A stretch of 33,034 bases of DNA from the NCBI GenBank assembly GCA_041623575.1, contig JBFJWO010000003.1, forward strand, positions 1 through 33,034, written 5' to 3'. Below, piece after piece: positions 8,535-19,231 of the stretch. The notes beneath the pieces are model-generated. The model did no database searches. It worked only from the letters and a program-made list of their open reading frames with translations, and had not been told where the DNA came from. The DNA is from Gammaproteobacteria bacterium (lineage in GTDB: Bacteria > Pseudomonadota > Gammaproteobacteria > JAHELT01). The translations under genes and the position numbers were made by a program. The stretch's first letter is position 1, and every line of letters begins with the position of its first letter.

Positions 8535-9217
8535 GCGTGCTGCTCGACACCGCCCGACGCTTCGAGACCCCGGAAGGCATCGACCTCACGCTGCGCATCG
8601 CCGGACCGGTGCCACGCGCCGTCGCCTGGTGTATCGACCTGGCCATCCGCGCCGTGGCCTACCTGGTACTCGGCTTCGTGCTCGGCCTGCTCGGCGGCCT
8701 CGGCGTCGGGCTGTCGCTGCTGTTGCTGTTCCTCGCCGAATGGTTCTATCCGGTCGTGTTCGAAGCCCGTCGCGGCGCCACGCCCGGCAAGCAGGCCCTC
8801 GGGCTGGCCGTCGTGCACGATGACGGCGCGCCCCTGACCTGGTCGTCGTCGATGGTTCGCAACCTCCTGCGCGCGGTCGATTTCCTGCCCGTGGGGTACG
8901 GCCTGGGCCTCGCCTGCATGCTGGTGAACCGGGACTTCAAGCGCCTCGGCGACCTCGCCGCCGGCACGCTCGTGGTGTATCGCGAGGGCGCGCCCACCGA
9001 CAGCGGCGATTTCGAGGGCGACTTGCTCGCACCCCCCGGCTCGCTGACGGTGGCCGAGCAGAGCACGCTGCTCGCGTTCGCGGAGCGCGCGGGCGCGTTG
9101 ACGCCCGAGCGGCGCGTCGAGCTGGCCGAGGTACTGTCGCCGCTCACCGGCAAGCGCGGCGACGCGGCGGTCTCGACGCTGCTCGGCTATGCCAACTGGG
9201 TGGCCCGCGGGCGCTGA
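8531..9217 (+). CDS. RDD family membrane protein
   Basis: ETPEGIDL...AGPVPRAVAWCID, GATPGKQALGL, RNLLRAVD and KRLGDLAAGTLVV. GTG start at 8531. Confidence 0.92.
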   Translation: MSVLLDTARRFETPEGIDLTLRIAGPVPRAVAWCIDLAIRAVAYLVLGFVLGLLGGLGVGLSLLLLFLAEWFYPVVFEARRGATPGKQALGLAVVHDDGAPLTWSSSMVRNLLRAVDFLPVGYGLGLACMLVNRDFKRLGDLAAGTLVVYREGAPTDSGDFEGDLLAPPGSLTVAEQSTLLAFAERAGALTPERRVELAEVLSPLTGKRGDAAVSTLLGYANWVARGR

Positions 9218-9229
9218 GCGACCCGAGCG

Positions 9230-10210
9230 GTGCGACAGGAGCAGTTCGAGCGCGCCCACGAAACCGCCTGGCAGGCGCTGGAGCGGCTCCTCGCGGTGCG
9301 CCGCGGCGAAGCCGTCACGGACGACACGGACCCGCATCGGCTGCCGGAGCTCTACCGGGGCCTGTGCAACGACTACGCGCTGGCCCTGAGTCGCGGTTAC
9401 AGCCCCCTGCTGGTCGAGCGCCTGCACGGCCTGGCGCTGCGCGCCCACCAGGTGCTGTACCGTCGCGACGGCGCATGGCTGTGGCGCTCGCTGCAGTTCG
9501 TGGCCGCTGTATTTCCGCGAACCCTGCGCCGCCACGCGCGCTTGCTGTGGCTCGCGTGCGCCCTGTTCCTGCTTCCCGGCGTGCTGCTGGGAACCTGGTG
9601 CGCGAACGATCCCGAGGCGATCTTCAGCGTGCTCGGCGACGCCCAGGTGGCGGAGATCGAAGCGATGTACGATCCGCTGAACCGCGTTCCGGGCCGCGAG
9701 CCCGAGCGCAGCGCCGATTCCGATTTCGCCATGTTCGGGTTCTATATCTTCAACAACATCGGGATCGGCTTTCGCACCTTCGCCGGCGGCATCCTGCTCG
9801 GTATCGGGACGGTGTTCACGCTGCTCTACAACGGCGTCGTCATCGGCGGGATCGCCGGGCACCTCACCGGCACCGGTTTCGGCGAGACCTTCTGGCCGTT
9901 CGTGAGCGGGCACGGGGCGTTCGAGCTGACCGGTATCGTGGTGTGCGGCTGCGCCGGGCTGCTGCTGGCCCGTGCGGTGCTGGCGCCCGGTCGCATGCCC
10001 CGGGCGCGCGCGCTCAGGGAGGCCGCGCTCGAGGCGGTCAAGCTCGTTTCGGGCGCGGCGCTGCTGCTGGTGCTCGCGGCCTTCGTCGAGGCGTTCTGGT
10101 CGTCGAGCGCATCGGTATCCGCCACGGTCAAGTACGCGGTCGCCGCGGCCGCCTGGCTTGCCGTGCTCCTCTACCTGGCGTTCGCCGGGCGCGAGCATGG
10201 ACCTCGATAA
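9230..10210 (+). CDS. SpoIIM (DUF95) family membrane protein
   Basis: YIFNNIGIGF, YNGVVIG, HGAFELTGI and AAFVEAF motifs in a multi-TM protein, in the typical RDD-SpoIIM-MoxR context. Confidence 0.9.
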   Translation: MRQEQFERAHETAWQALERLLAVRRGEAVTDDTDPHRLPELYRGLCNDYALALSRGYSPLLVERLHGLALRAHQVLYRRDGAWLWRSLQFVAAVFPRTLRRHARLLWLACALFLLPGVLLGTWCANDPEAIFSVLGDAQVAEIEAMYDPLNRVPGREPERSADSDFAMFGFYIFNNIGIGFRTFAGGILLGIGTVFTLLYNGVVIGGIAGHLTGTGFGETFWPFVSGHGAFELTGIVVCGCAGLLLARAVLAPGRMPRARALREAALEAVKLVSGAALLLVLAAFVEAFWSSSASVSATVKYAVAAAAWLAVLLYLAFAGREHGPR

Positions 10211-11657
10211 GCTGTGCGTGGCGGTGCGACCGCGCAACGGCTGGGAAGCCGTCGACCTGGGCTTCGCCATGGCGCGCCACTGGTTCCGGCCGCTGTGGCT
10301 GCTGTGGCTGGCGCTGGCCTTCCCGGTGGCGGTGCTCGCTCACCTGCTGTTGCTGTCCCATCCCTGGTTCGCCCTGCTGCTCGTGTGGTGGCTCAAGCCG
10401 CTCTACGAATCGCTGTTGCTGCACTGGCTGAGCCACGCGCTGTTCGGGGAGCACCCACCGGTCACGGAGGTGTTGCGGCGCACACGCGCGATCGCTACGC
10501 CGCAACTCGTCCCCGCACTGCTCTGGCGCCGGCTGGCCCTCGGCCGCTCGTTCAACATGCCGGTCGCGGCGCTCGAAGGCCTGCGGGGCACACAACGCGC
10601 CGAGCGCCTGCGGGTCCTGCACCGGGGGCAATCGGTGTCGGGCTGGTTGACGGTCGTCGCCGTGCACCTGGAAGCGGTGCTGTACCTGGCGTTGTTGACC
10701 GTCGCGGTGCTGGCGGTGCCGGAAGAACTGCGCTGGATCGACGTGGGTAGCGCATTGACCGGCGCCGACAGGCTCACGCAACTGCTGCAGAACCTGTGCT
10801 ACTTCGCCGCCATGTCACTGATCGCGCCGTTCTATGTCGCAGGCGGCTTCGCCTTGTACCTGACCCGGCGCGCGGGGCTCGAAGCCTGGGATCTCGAGCT
10901 GCGGCTGCGCCAGTTGCTGGCGCGGGCACGCCCGCGCCGCGCGCCGGCACGCGTTGCAGCGACGCTTCTCGCCGTGGGCATCGGCACGGCGCTGCTCGCC
11001 GGTTCGCCCACCGCCCGGGCGCAGCCGCTCAGCGCCGAGCAGGCCCGGGCCGGCATCGAGCGCGTGCTCGCCGATCCCGCGTTCGGTCGTGTCGAGACCG
11101 TTCACCGTTGGGTGTACACCGGCGAGGACGACGCACCCGGCCCGATCCGCTGGCAGCTGTTGTCGGCGCAATTGCTGCGCACGATCGCCGGCGCGGCCGA
11201 GGTCGTCCTGTGGCTGGCGCTCGCGACCGCCGTGGTGTGGCTCGCCCTGCGGCTGCGCAGGGACGCGCCGTGGTGGCGCCGCCGCCGGGCGCCGGTCCCG
11301 CGCGGCTCTGCGCCACCGCGGTTGTTCGGCCTGCCGGTGAGCGCGCAGAGCCTGCCCGACGACCCGGTCGCCGGCGCGCGCGCAGCGCTCGAACGCGGCG
11401 ATGCCCGCGCGGCGTTGAGCCTGCTCTACCGAGCGGCGCTCGCCGTCCTGCTGCATCGCTACCAGGTCGACATCCCGGGCAGCGCCACGGAAGGGGAAGC
11501 CGTGCGGCTCGTGGCGAGCGCGCGCCCGCGCGGGCAAGCGGCCTATTTCGCCCGTCTCACCGGGGACTGGCTTGCGCTCGCGTACGCCGGGCGCAGGCCG
11601 GGCGCTGCCCGGCTGCAGGCGCTGTGCGACGACTGGCCACGGTTCTTCGCGGAGTGA
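10197..11657 (+). CDS. Membrane protein with a C-terminal DUF4129-like domain
   Basis: ATG 10197 overlaps the previous gene. RPRNGWEAVDLG, YLTRRAGLEAWDLEL, and C-terminal RAALSLLYRA...SATEGE...LAYAGRRP. Confidence 0.82.
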   Translation: MDLDKLCVAVRPRNGWEAVDLGFAMARHWFRPLWLLWLALAFPVAVLAHLLLLSHPWFALLLVWWLKPLYESLLLHWLSHALFGEHPPVTEVLRRTRAIATPQLVPALLWRRLALGRSFNMPVAALEGLRGTQRAERLRVLHRGQSVSGWLTVVAVHLEAVLYLALLTVAVLAVPEELRWIDVGSALTGADRLTQLLQNLCYFAAMSLIAPFYVAGGFALYLTRRAGLEAWDLELRLRQLLARARPRRAPARVAATLLAVGIGTALLAGSPTARAQPLSAEQARAGIERVLADPAFGRVETVHRWVYTGEDDAPGPIRWQLLSAQLLRTIAGAAEVVLWLALATAVVWLALRLRRDAPWWRRRRAPVPRGSAPPRLFGLPVSAQSLPDDPVAGARAALERGDARAALSLLYRAALAVLLHRYQVDIPGSATEGEAVRLVASARPRGQAAYFARLTGDWLALAYAGRRPGAARLQALCDDWPRFFAE

Positions 11658-12844
11658 ACGCCCCGTCCCGACGCTGGCGCGCGGCGGCCATCGCCCTGGC
11701 CGGGCTCCTGGTGGCCACCGCGTTGGGCACCTGGTTCGTGCACAACTTCGAGCTGCGCGAAGTCCGCACGCGCACCGCCGTATCGCCGCAGGCACGGCGC
11801 AACCCGTTTCTCGCCGCCGAACGGTTCCTCCAGGACCTCGGCGTGGACGCCCGCAGCGTTCAGGGACGCGAGCGGCTGCGCGACCTGCCGCCGAGCACCG
11901 ACACGCTGCTCGTCAACAACACGACCGTCGCCCTCAACCCGGAGCGACGCGAGCAGTTGCTGGCGTGGCTGCACGACGGCGGTCACCTGCTGGTCACGGC
12001 CTCGCGCGAGTGGAACGCTGCGGCGGGGGCCGCGGACCCGTTCCTCGACCCCTTCGGGGTGCGCCTGCATCGCCTCGAGGAGCACCCGGGGTCGACGCCT
12101 TCCGAGCCGATCGGTATCGAGTTCGACGGCTACCCGCGGGCCGTGCACGTGGCGTTCGATCCGCGGCGGTTCCTGGAAGACGCCGGGGAACAAGCGGTTG
12201 CCGGTGCCGCCGGCGTGCACGGCTACCACCTGTTGCAATACGCGGCCGGCGAAGGATTGCTGACCGTGATGAGCGACAATGCGTTCCTGCGCAACGGGCA
12301 GATCGCAGAGCACGACCACGCCCTCTACCTGGCGCTGCTCAGCGGTGCCGAGCAGGGTGACACCGTATGGCTGCTCTACGACACGGGGATGCCTTCGCTG
12401 GGTGCGCTGCTGTGGCAGCACGCGAGCCTCGCTTTGGCGAGCGCGGCGCTGCTGCTGCTCGCCTGGGCCTGGTCTCGCGCGCGGCGTTTCGGGCCGGCCT
12501 GCGACGAGCCGCGCGGAGCCAGGCGCAGCCTCCTCGAGCACCTGGATGCGGTAGGGCACTACGCGTGGCGTAACGACCGGGCCGTGCATTTGGGTGCCGA
12601 CTCGCGTGCACGCGTGCTGAACAACTGGCGCCGGCGCCACCCGGGGCTGGCCAGCGCCGGCGCCGAGCGACAGCCGGCGTGGATTGCCGAGCACGCTCGC
12701 CTGCCGGCCGGGGCGGTGCGCGCGGCGCTGCTCGACGAAGACGCGGGCAGCGAGCGCGAGTTCATCGCCCGCTGCGCGACGCTGCAACGCCTGGCGGTGA
12801 GCGCCCAGGCCCCGAGATCAACCGGGAGCTACCCCGATGGATGA
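11654..12844 (+). CDS. DUF4350 domain membrane-anchored protein
   Basis: GTG 11654 (GTGA overlap). N-terminal TM, ARRNPFLAAERFL, LLAWLHDGGHLL, second TM followed by RRFGP and RRSLLEHL. Located directly before MoxR. Confidence 0.78.
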   Translation: MNAPSRRWRAAAIALAGLLVATALGTWFVHNFELREVRTRTAVSPQARRNPFLAAERFLQDLGVDARSVQGRERLRDLPPSTDTLLVNNTTVALNPERREQLLAWLHDGGHLLVTASREWNAAAGAADPFLDPFGVRLHRLEEHPGSTPSEPIGIEFDGYPRAVHVAFDPRRFLEDAGEQAVAGAAGVHGYHLLQYAAGEGLLTVMSDNAFLRNGQIAEHDHALYLALLSGAEQGDTVWLLYDTGMPSLGALLWQHASLALASAALLLLAWAWSRARRFGPACDEPRGARRSLLEHLDAVGHYAWRNDRAVHLGADSRARVLNNWRRRHPGLASAGAERQPAWIAEHARLPAGAVRAALLDEDAGSEREFIARCATLQRLAVSAQAPRSTGSYPDG

Positions 12845-13811
12845 GAACCGAGCGCCCGGTGCGCCCGCCGCCGCCTCGTTACAGGCTCTGCAGGCCGAGA
12901 TCGGCCGGGCCGTGGTCGGCCAGTCGCAGGTGATTCGCGAAGTGCTGACGACCCTGGTGGCGGCCGGGCACGTGCTGGTGGAAGGTGTACCCGGACTGGG
13001 CAAGACCTTGCTCGTAAGGGCCGTCGCCAACGCCGTCGGCGGGCGTTTCGGGCGCATCCAGTTCACCCCGGACCTGATGCCGAGCGACATCAGCGGGCAC
13101 GTGATGTTCGACATGAAGACACAGGCCTTTCGCGTGCGCCGCGGCCCCGTGTTCTGCAACTACCTGCTCGCCGACGAGATCAACCGCGCGCCGGCCAAGA
13201 CCCAGTCGGCCTTGCTCGAGGTGATGCAGGAGCAGCAGGTCACCATCGAGGGGCGCGCTTTCGTCGTGGAGCAACCGTTCCTGGTGATGGCCACGCAGAA
13301 CCCGATCGAGCAGGAAGGCACCTACCCGCTGCCGCAGGCGCAACTGGACCGCTTCCTGATGAACGTGCACATCGCCTACCCGCAGGCCGACCACGAGAGC
13401 GAGATGGTGCGCCAGGTCACCGCCGGCGGGCCGGGCGACAGCCTGGACGTCTCGGCGGTACGCCAGGTGCTCGCGCAGGAAGGCATCGTCGCCGCCCAGC
13501 GCGAGGCCGCGGCCCTGCGCGTCGACCCGAAGATCGTCGACTACGCCGTGCGCATCGTGCGCGCGACCCGCACGTGGAACGGCGTCGAAGTGGGTGCCGG
13601 GCCGCGCGGCGGCATCGCGCTGATCAGGGCGGCACGGGCCGGCGCGCTGCTCGACGGGCGCGATTTCGTGACCCCCGACGACGTCAAGGGCGTGTCCCTG
13701 GCCGTGCTGCGCCACCGCCTGAAGCTGACGGCCGACCTCGAGATCGAGGGCTACCGCCCCGACGACGTGCTGGGCGACATCCTCGCCAACACCGACGCGC
13801 CACGCACGTGA
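12837..13811 (+). CDS. moxR: MoxR family AAA+ ATPase
   Basis: Walker A EGVPGLGKT, RIQFTPDLMPSD, Walker B LLADEINRAPAKTQSALLE, and ATQNPIEQEGTYPLP...LDRF. Confidence 0.96.
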   Translation: MDENRAPGAPAAASLQALQAEIGRAVVGQSQVIREVLTTLVAAGHVLVEGVPGLGKTLLVRAVANAVGGRFGRIQFTPDLMPSDISGHVMFDMKTQAFRVRRGPVFCNYLLADEINRAPAKTQSALLEVMQEQQVTIEGRAFVVEQPFLVMATQNPIEQEGTYPLPQAQLDRFLMNVHIAYPQADHESEMVRQVTAGGPGDSLDVSAVRQVLAQEGIVAAQREAAALRVDPKIVDYAVRIVRATRTWNGVEVGAGPRGGIALIRAARAGALLDGRDFVTPDDVKGVSLAVLRHRLKLTADLEIEGYRPDDVLGDILANTDAPRT

Positions 13812-15127
13812 GCGCCTGGTTGCCGGTCCCCGGCCCGCGGCTGCTGGCCGCGCTCGCGTTGCTGCTGGCGCTAAGCCTGGCCGCTACCGCCGTGCCGGCG
13901 CTGACGCTCTGGTGGCAGGCGGCCGCGGCTCTGCTCGCCGGTGCTGCCCTGCTCGACGCCTGGTGGCTGCGTGGCGGCGCGCCGTTCGAGGCCTCGCGCC
14001 TGGCCAAGCGCAGCGTGCCGGTCGGCATGCGCACGGGCGTCACCTTGCGGATCCGCAACGTCGGCGCGCGACCCGTCAGCGCGCGGGTGTTCGATCACCA
14101 CCCGGCGTACTGCGACGTCTCCGGACAACCTCGAGACGTGCATCTGGGCATCGGCGAAGCCGTGCAGGTCGACTACGAGTTGCGCCCGCGCCGGCGCGGC
14201 AGCGCAGACTTCGCCGGCACCGAGGTGTTGCTCGCGGGACCGCTGGGGCTGTGGTGGCGGCGCCACTTCCTGGCACTCGGCGGCGAGTTGCGGGTCTATC
14301 CCAACTTCTCCCAGATCGCGCGCTTCACCCTGCTCGCGAGCGAGCAGCGACTCGCCCGCATGGGCGTGCACCGGCGCCAGCGGCGCGGCGAGGGCAACGA
14401 TTTTCACCAGTTGCGCGAGTACCGCGCCGGCGACGCCCTGCGGCAGATCGAATGGAAAGCGAGCGCGCGCCACCGGCGCCTGATCACGCGCGAGTACCAG
14501 GACGAGCGCGATCAGCAACTGGTGTTCCTGCTCGACAGCGGCCGGCGCATGCGCCACGAGGAGGCGCAACGCGTGCACCTCGACGAAGCACTGAACGCCG
14601 TGCTGCTGCTCGCCTACGTCGCCACCCGTCAGGGCGACGGGGTCGGCCTGATGGCTTTCGGTGGCGAACCCCGCTGGTGCGCCCCGCGCACGGGGGCAGG
14701 CAGCGTACGCCGCCTGCTGCAGCTGACCTACGACCTGCACGCCGGCGCCGACGCGGCGGACTACCTGCTCGCGGCGCGCAACCTGCTGGCGGTGCAGCCC
14801 AAACGCGCGCTGGTCGTGCTGGTCACCAATACCCGCCACGAAGACCAGCGCGAACTGGGCGCCGCGCTTGCGCTGTTGCGCCGCCGCCACCTGGTGGTGC
14901 TGGCCGACCTGCGTGAGCAGGCGCTGGACGAAACCGTGCACCGCCCGGTGCGGGACCTCGACGGCGCATTGCGGCTGCACGCGGTCAACGCCTACCTGCA
15001 GGCGCGCCGCAAAGCGCACGAAACGCTTGCCCACCACGGGGCGCTGGTGCTGGACGTCACGGCCCCGCAACTGCCGGCGGCGCTGGTCAACCAGTACCTG
15101 TCCATCAAACGGGCCGGGCGATTGTGA
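13808..15127 (+). CDS. DUF58 / VWA-like domain protein (MoxR partner)
   Basis: GTG 13808 (GTGA overlap). N-terminal TM pair; DUF58 core FHQLREYRAGD..RQIEWKASAR...REYQDER; degenerate MIDAS LLDSGRRM. Confidence 0.92.
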   Translation: MSAWLPVPGPRLLAALALLLALSLAATAVPALTLWWQAAAALLAGAALLDAWWLRGGAPFEASRLAKRSVPVGMRTGVTLRIRNVGARPVSARVFDHHPAYCDVSGQPRDVHLGIGEAVQVDYELRPRRRGSADFAGTEVLLAGPLGLWWRRHFLALGGELRVYPNFSQIARFTLLASEQRLARMGVHRRQRRGEGNDFHQLREYRAGDALRQIEWKASARHRRLITREYQDERDQQLVFLLDSGRRMRHEEAQRVHLDEALNAVLLLAYVATRQGDGVGLMAFGGEPRWCAPRTGAGSVRRLLQLTYDLHAGADAADYLLAARNLLAVQPKRALVVLVTNTRHEDQRELGAALALLRRRHLVVLADLREQALDETVHRPVRDLDGALRLHAVNAYLQARRKAHETLAHHGALVLDVTAPQLPAALVNQYLSIKRAGRL

Positions 15128-15203
15128 CGGCCGCGCCCGGCGCGCGCCGGCCCCGGGGCGGGTGTTTGCTATGCTCCCCGTCGGGCGGTCAGCGGAGCGG
15201 GAA

Positions 15204-16316
<1,113 letters not shown>

Positions 16317-16337
16317 CGGGACCGACCGGCGCGCCCC

Positions 16338-17762
16338 TCAGGTCGCCGCCGGCGACCTCGCCAGCGCCCGCCATTTCTCCCGGTAGTCCCGGAGCCCGGG
16401 CAGAACCGCCGGGGCGACCGGCGCGGTCTCGACCGGCAGGCGCGGCAGCTCGCCGTCCGCGCCCGCCAGCGCGAGCAGCGCGGCGCCCACGGCGGTCCCC
16501 TCACCGGCGCGCGCGGCATGCACGGTCTGTTCCGGTCGCAACGCCGCCAGGCACGCCAGGTACGGGCCGTTGCGCGCGAACGGACCGTCCACGATCAGGT
16601 CGCCGGCACTGCCGATCGCAGCGAGCGACTCGCCGGTCATGAGCGCGCAGTAGAGCGAAGCGAGAGCCACTTGCCCGTCCGGGTCCGGCACCTGCCCGAC
16701 GATCCGTCCACGGCCTCCGCTGCCGGGCATTGGACCGCCGGAGTCGGTAAACGAAGGCAACGCGAACACGTCGGCGTCCAGCAGCGCCGCGATCCGCCGC
16801 AGGGTCGCGCCGGTATCGGCCGGTGCGCGATCGCCGGCGACGGCCGCGTACTCGGCACCGCCCCTGAAGCGGCAGGAGGCGACCGGCCGCCCGTACACCG
16901 TCGTGTTGGAGACCACGTCGAGGCGCGGGTCGAGCCCGTCGAGCGCGGCGCCGCTGTCGAAGCCGATGATCCAGGTGCCGCTCGAGAGCAGGGTGAAACG
17001 CGTTTCGCGCGCCGCGAGGTAGCGCAGCAGGTTGGCGTTGGAGTCGTGCACGCCGGCCAGCACCACGCCCCGCCCGCGCCAGCGCTGGCCGCGAAATCGC
17101 GGTAAGAGACCACCGAGCGCCTGCCAGGCAGGCGCGAGCGGCGCGAACAGCTCGTCCCACCCGCGCGCGCGGGCCAGCGAGGAAAACCGGTTCGCGCGCA
17201 CGTCCCAGAGGTGGGTCTGGGCGCCGAGCGCCGAGACCTCGCTGACGGCGACCCCGCACAGCCGGTAGGCGAAGTACTGCCCCCAGGGCAGCACCGTGCG
17301 CACGCGGGAGAAGTCCTGCTCCGGGTCGCTTTCCTGCCAGTAGAGCTGGCGGGCCAGGGTGAGCCCGCCCGGATTGACGGGTGCGAAGACCTCCTCGAAG
17401 GGCGGCGCCAGCGCGGCGTAGGCGGCACCGATCGACGGCGGCGGCTCCGCGGCGTAATCCATGACCGGCAATGCGCTCGAGCCGTGCTCGTCGAGCGCTG
17501 CCAGCGCCGAGCCGTGTGCACAGGGCACGACGACGTCTACCGGGCAGCGCCGGTCTAGCGCCGGCAACTCACGCGCGGCGAAGGCGAGCGCCGGTTCGGG
17601 GTCCAGCGAGCGATAGGGCAGACCCTCGCGATGCACGGCGGCGGTGCGCGCCTCGGCGATCAGGGAGAGGGTTGCGTCGAACAACATCAGCTTGGTGCTG
17701 GTGTAACCGGCGTCCAGCACGGCGATGCCGCGCGGCGGGTGGTCTGCGAGGCGTTCGCTCAA
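16338..17762 (-). CDS. FGGY-family carbohydrate kinase (RhaK/rhamnulokinase-like)
   Basis: IAVLDAGYTSTK (phosphate-1), AHGSA, LPVMDY, GVHDSNANL, SSGTWII, VDGPFARN and GTAVGAALL. The TTG start at 17762 is inferred. Confidence 0.85.
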   Translation of the reverse strand: MSERLADHPPRGIAVLDAGYTSTKLMLFDATLSLIAEARTAAVHREGLPYRSLDPEPALAFAARELPALDRRCPVDVVVPCAHGSALAALDEHGSSALPVMDYAAEPPPSIGAAYAALAPPFEEVFAPVNPGGLTLARQLYWQESDPEQDFSRVRTVLPWGQYFAYRLCGVAVSEVSALGAQTHLWDVRANRFSSLARARGWDELFAPLAPAWQALGGLLPRFRGQRWRGRGVVLAGVHDSNANLLRYLAARETRFTLLSSGTWIIGFDSGAALDGLDPRLDVVSNTTVYGRPVASCRFRGGAEYAAVAGDRAPADTGATLRRIAALLDADVFALPSFTDSGGPMPGSGGRGRIVGQVPDPDGQVALASLYCALMTGESLAAIGSAGDLIVDGPFARNGPYLACLAALRPEQTVHAARAGEGTAVGAALLALAGADGELPRLPVETAPVAPAVLPGLRDYREKWRALARSPAAT

Positions 17763-17832
17763 GGGCGACCCTGTCGTGCGCCGCCCGTTACGCGGTGCCA
17801 GGCCCCCCTGCCGGCCCGCGGCGCCGCGGCGT

Positions 17833-19038
17833 TCACAACACGGCGTCGAGATCGGCGCAGAGGTCCGCGGCGTCCTCGATGCCGACCGACAGCCGGAACA
17901 CACCCTCGCCGGCGAACTCGCGGTAGCGACGCTCGGCCTCGCCGCTCAGGCGAAACGTCGACGCCATGACCATGGCAGTGGGAATCCAGTAGACGAGCGA
18001 GCGGTGGTGGCCGAGAGAGACGGCGTAGTGGATCAGGCGCAACCGCTCGATCATGCGTGCGGCGATGCGCTCTCCGGGCTCGTGGGTCTGGAACGTCAGC
18101 ATCCCGGAGAAGTTGCGCATCTGGCGCCGCGCCAGCGCGTGCTGCGGGTGCGAGGGCAGACCCGGGTAGAGAACGCGGCGCACGGCCCGGTGGCCCTCGA
18201 GATGGCGGGCCAGCGCCAGCGCCGTCTCCTCGTGAGCGCGCATCCGCAACGGAAAGGTCGCCGCCCCGCGCAGGATCAGCCAGGCGTTGAACGGCGACAG
18301 CACGCCGCCGTAGTGGACCATGGCCTCGAGGTTCAAGGCCTCGAGGTCCTCGGCGCGGCCGAGCACCGCGCCGCCCATGGCATCGCCATGGCCGCCGAGG
18401 TACTTGGTCAGCGAGTGCACCACGAAGTCGGCGCCCAGCTCGAGCGGCCGGGTGGCGGCCGGCGAGGCGAACGTCGAGTCGACCACGACGTCGCGCACGC
18501 CCCGCGCGTGGGCCAGCTCGGCCAGCGCCGCGATGTCGCTGAGGCGCATGATCGGGTTGGCCGGCGTCTCGAGCCACAGCATGCGCGTGCGAGCGTCGAT
18601 GGCGTCCGCCACCTGCGCGAGCTCGGAGGTGTCGACCGCCACCACCTCGATGCCCCAGCGCGGCAGGCTGTCGCGGACCAGTTCCGCGGTGCCGACGTAG
18701 TTGGTGTCGCTGATCAGCAGCCGATCGCCCTGCCCGAGACGCCCCGCCAGCAGCGCGTGCGAGGCAGCCATGCCGGAGGCAAAACACAACGCCGCCGGCG
18801 CCCGCTCCAGCGCGGCCAGCTTGTCGGCCAGCTGCGCGACCGTGGGGTTGCCTACCCGCGCGTAGGTGTAGCCCTCGTAGTCGGAGCGGTTGTGCGCCGA
18901 GAACCCGGCCACGCGGTCGGGCGCGAAGGTCGAGGACATCACCAGGTTCGGCGAGGAGGCACGGGTCACCGGGTCGACACCTTCGCCCGCGTGCACGGCA
19001 CGCGTGCGCTCGCCCCAGTCTTTCAGATCGTCGTGCAT
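17833..19038 (-). CDS. PLP-dependent Cys/Met metabolism enzyme (cystathionine gamma-synthase/gamma-lyase/Met gamma-lyase family)
   Basis: YARVGNPT, FASGMAA, LETPANP, VDSTFASP, PLP-lysine motif HSLTKYLGGHGD, AVSLG and FRLSVGIED. ATG 19038. Confidence 0.92.
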   Translation of the reverse strand: MHDDLKDWGERTRAVHAGEGVDPVTRASSPNLVMSSTFAPDRVAGFSAHNRSDYEGYTYARVGNPTVAQLADKLAALERAPAALCFASGMAASHALLAGRLGQGDRLLISDTNYVGTAELVRDSLPRWGIEVVAVDTSELAQVADAIDARTRMLWLETPANPIMRLSDIAALAELAHARGVRDVVVDSTFASPAATRPLELGADFVVHSLTKYLGGHGDAMGGAVLGRAEDLEALNLEAMVHYGGVLSPFNAWLILRGAATFPLRMRAHEETALALARHLEGHRAVRRVLYPGLPSHPQHALARRQMRNFSGMLTFQTHEPGERIAARMIERLRLIHYAVSLGHHRSLVYWIPTAMVMASTFRLSGEAERRYREFAGEGVFRLSVGIEDAADLCADLDAVL

Positions 19039-19231
19039 GGCGGGTGCGCCGGCGCGCTCGGGTCGTGCTCGTGCATGGTGGTCCTGTCTGTCTGCCGTGC
19101 GGCCTTGCCGGTGTTGCGGCCGCGCTATTGTAGCGACACCGGTAACCTTCTTCGCGAAGTGCTGCGTATCATGCATCCCGCGCGCCCCGGCACCGACGCC
19201 GCGGCGACGTTCGCGCGAACGGGACAACGCA

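Noticed and set aside
9230-10210. Sporulation function implied by the SpoIIM family name
   Set aside because: The family is widespread in non-sporulating bacteria within the RDD/MoxR cassette, and no other sporulation genes are present.
15128-15203. mtnA as the eighth gene of the MoxR operon
   Set aside because: A 76-nt gap with a GC-rich stem and its own TG-C-TATGCT extended -10-like element contrasts with the overlapping junctions upstream, and no functional link is evident.
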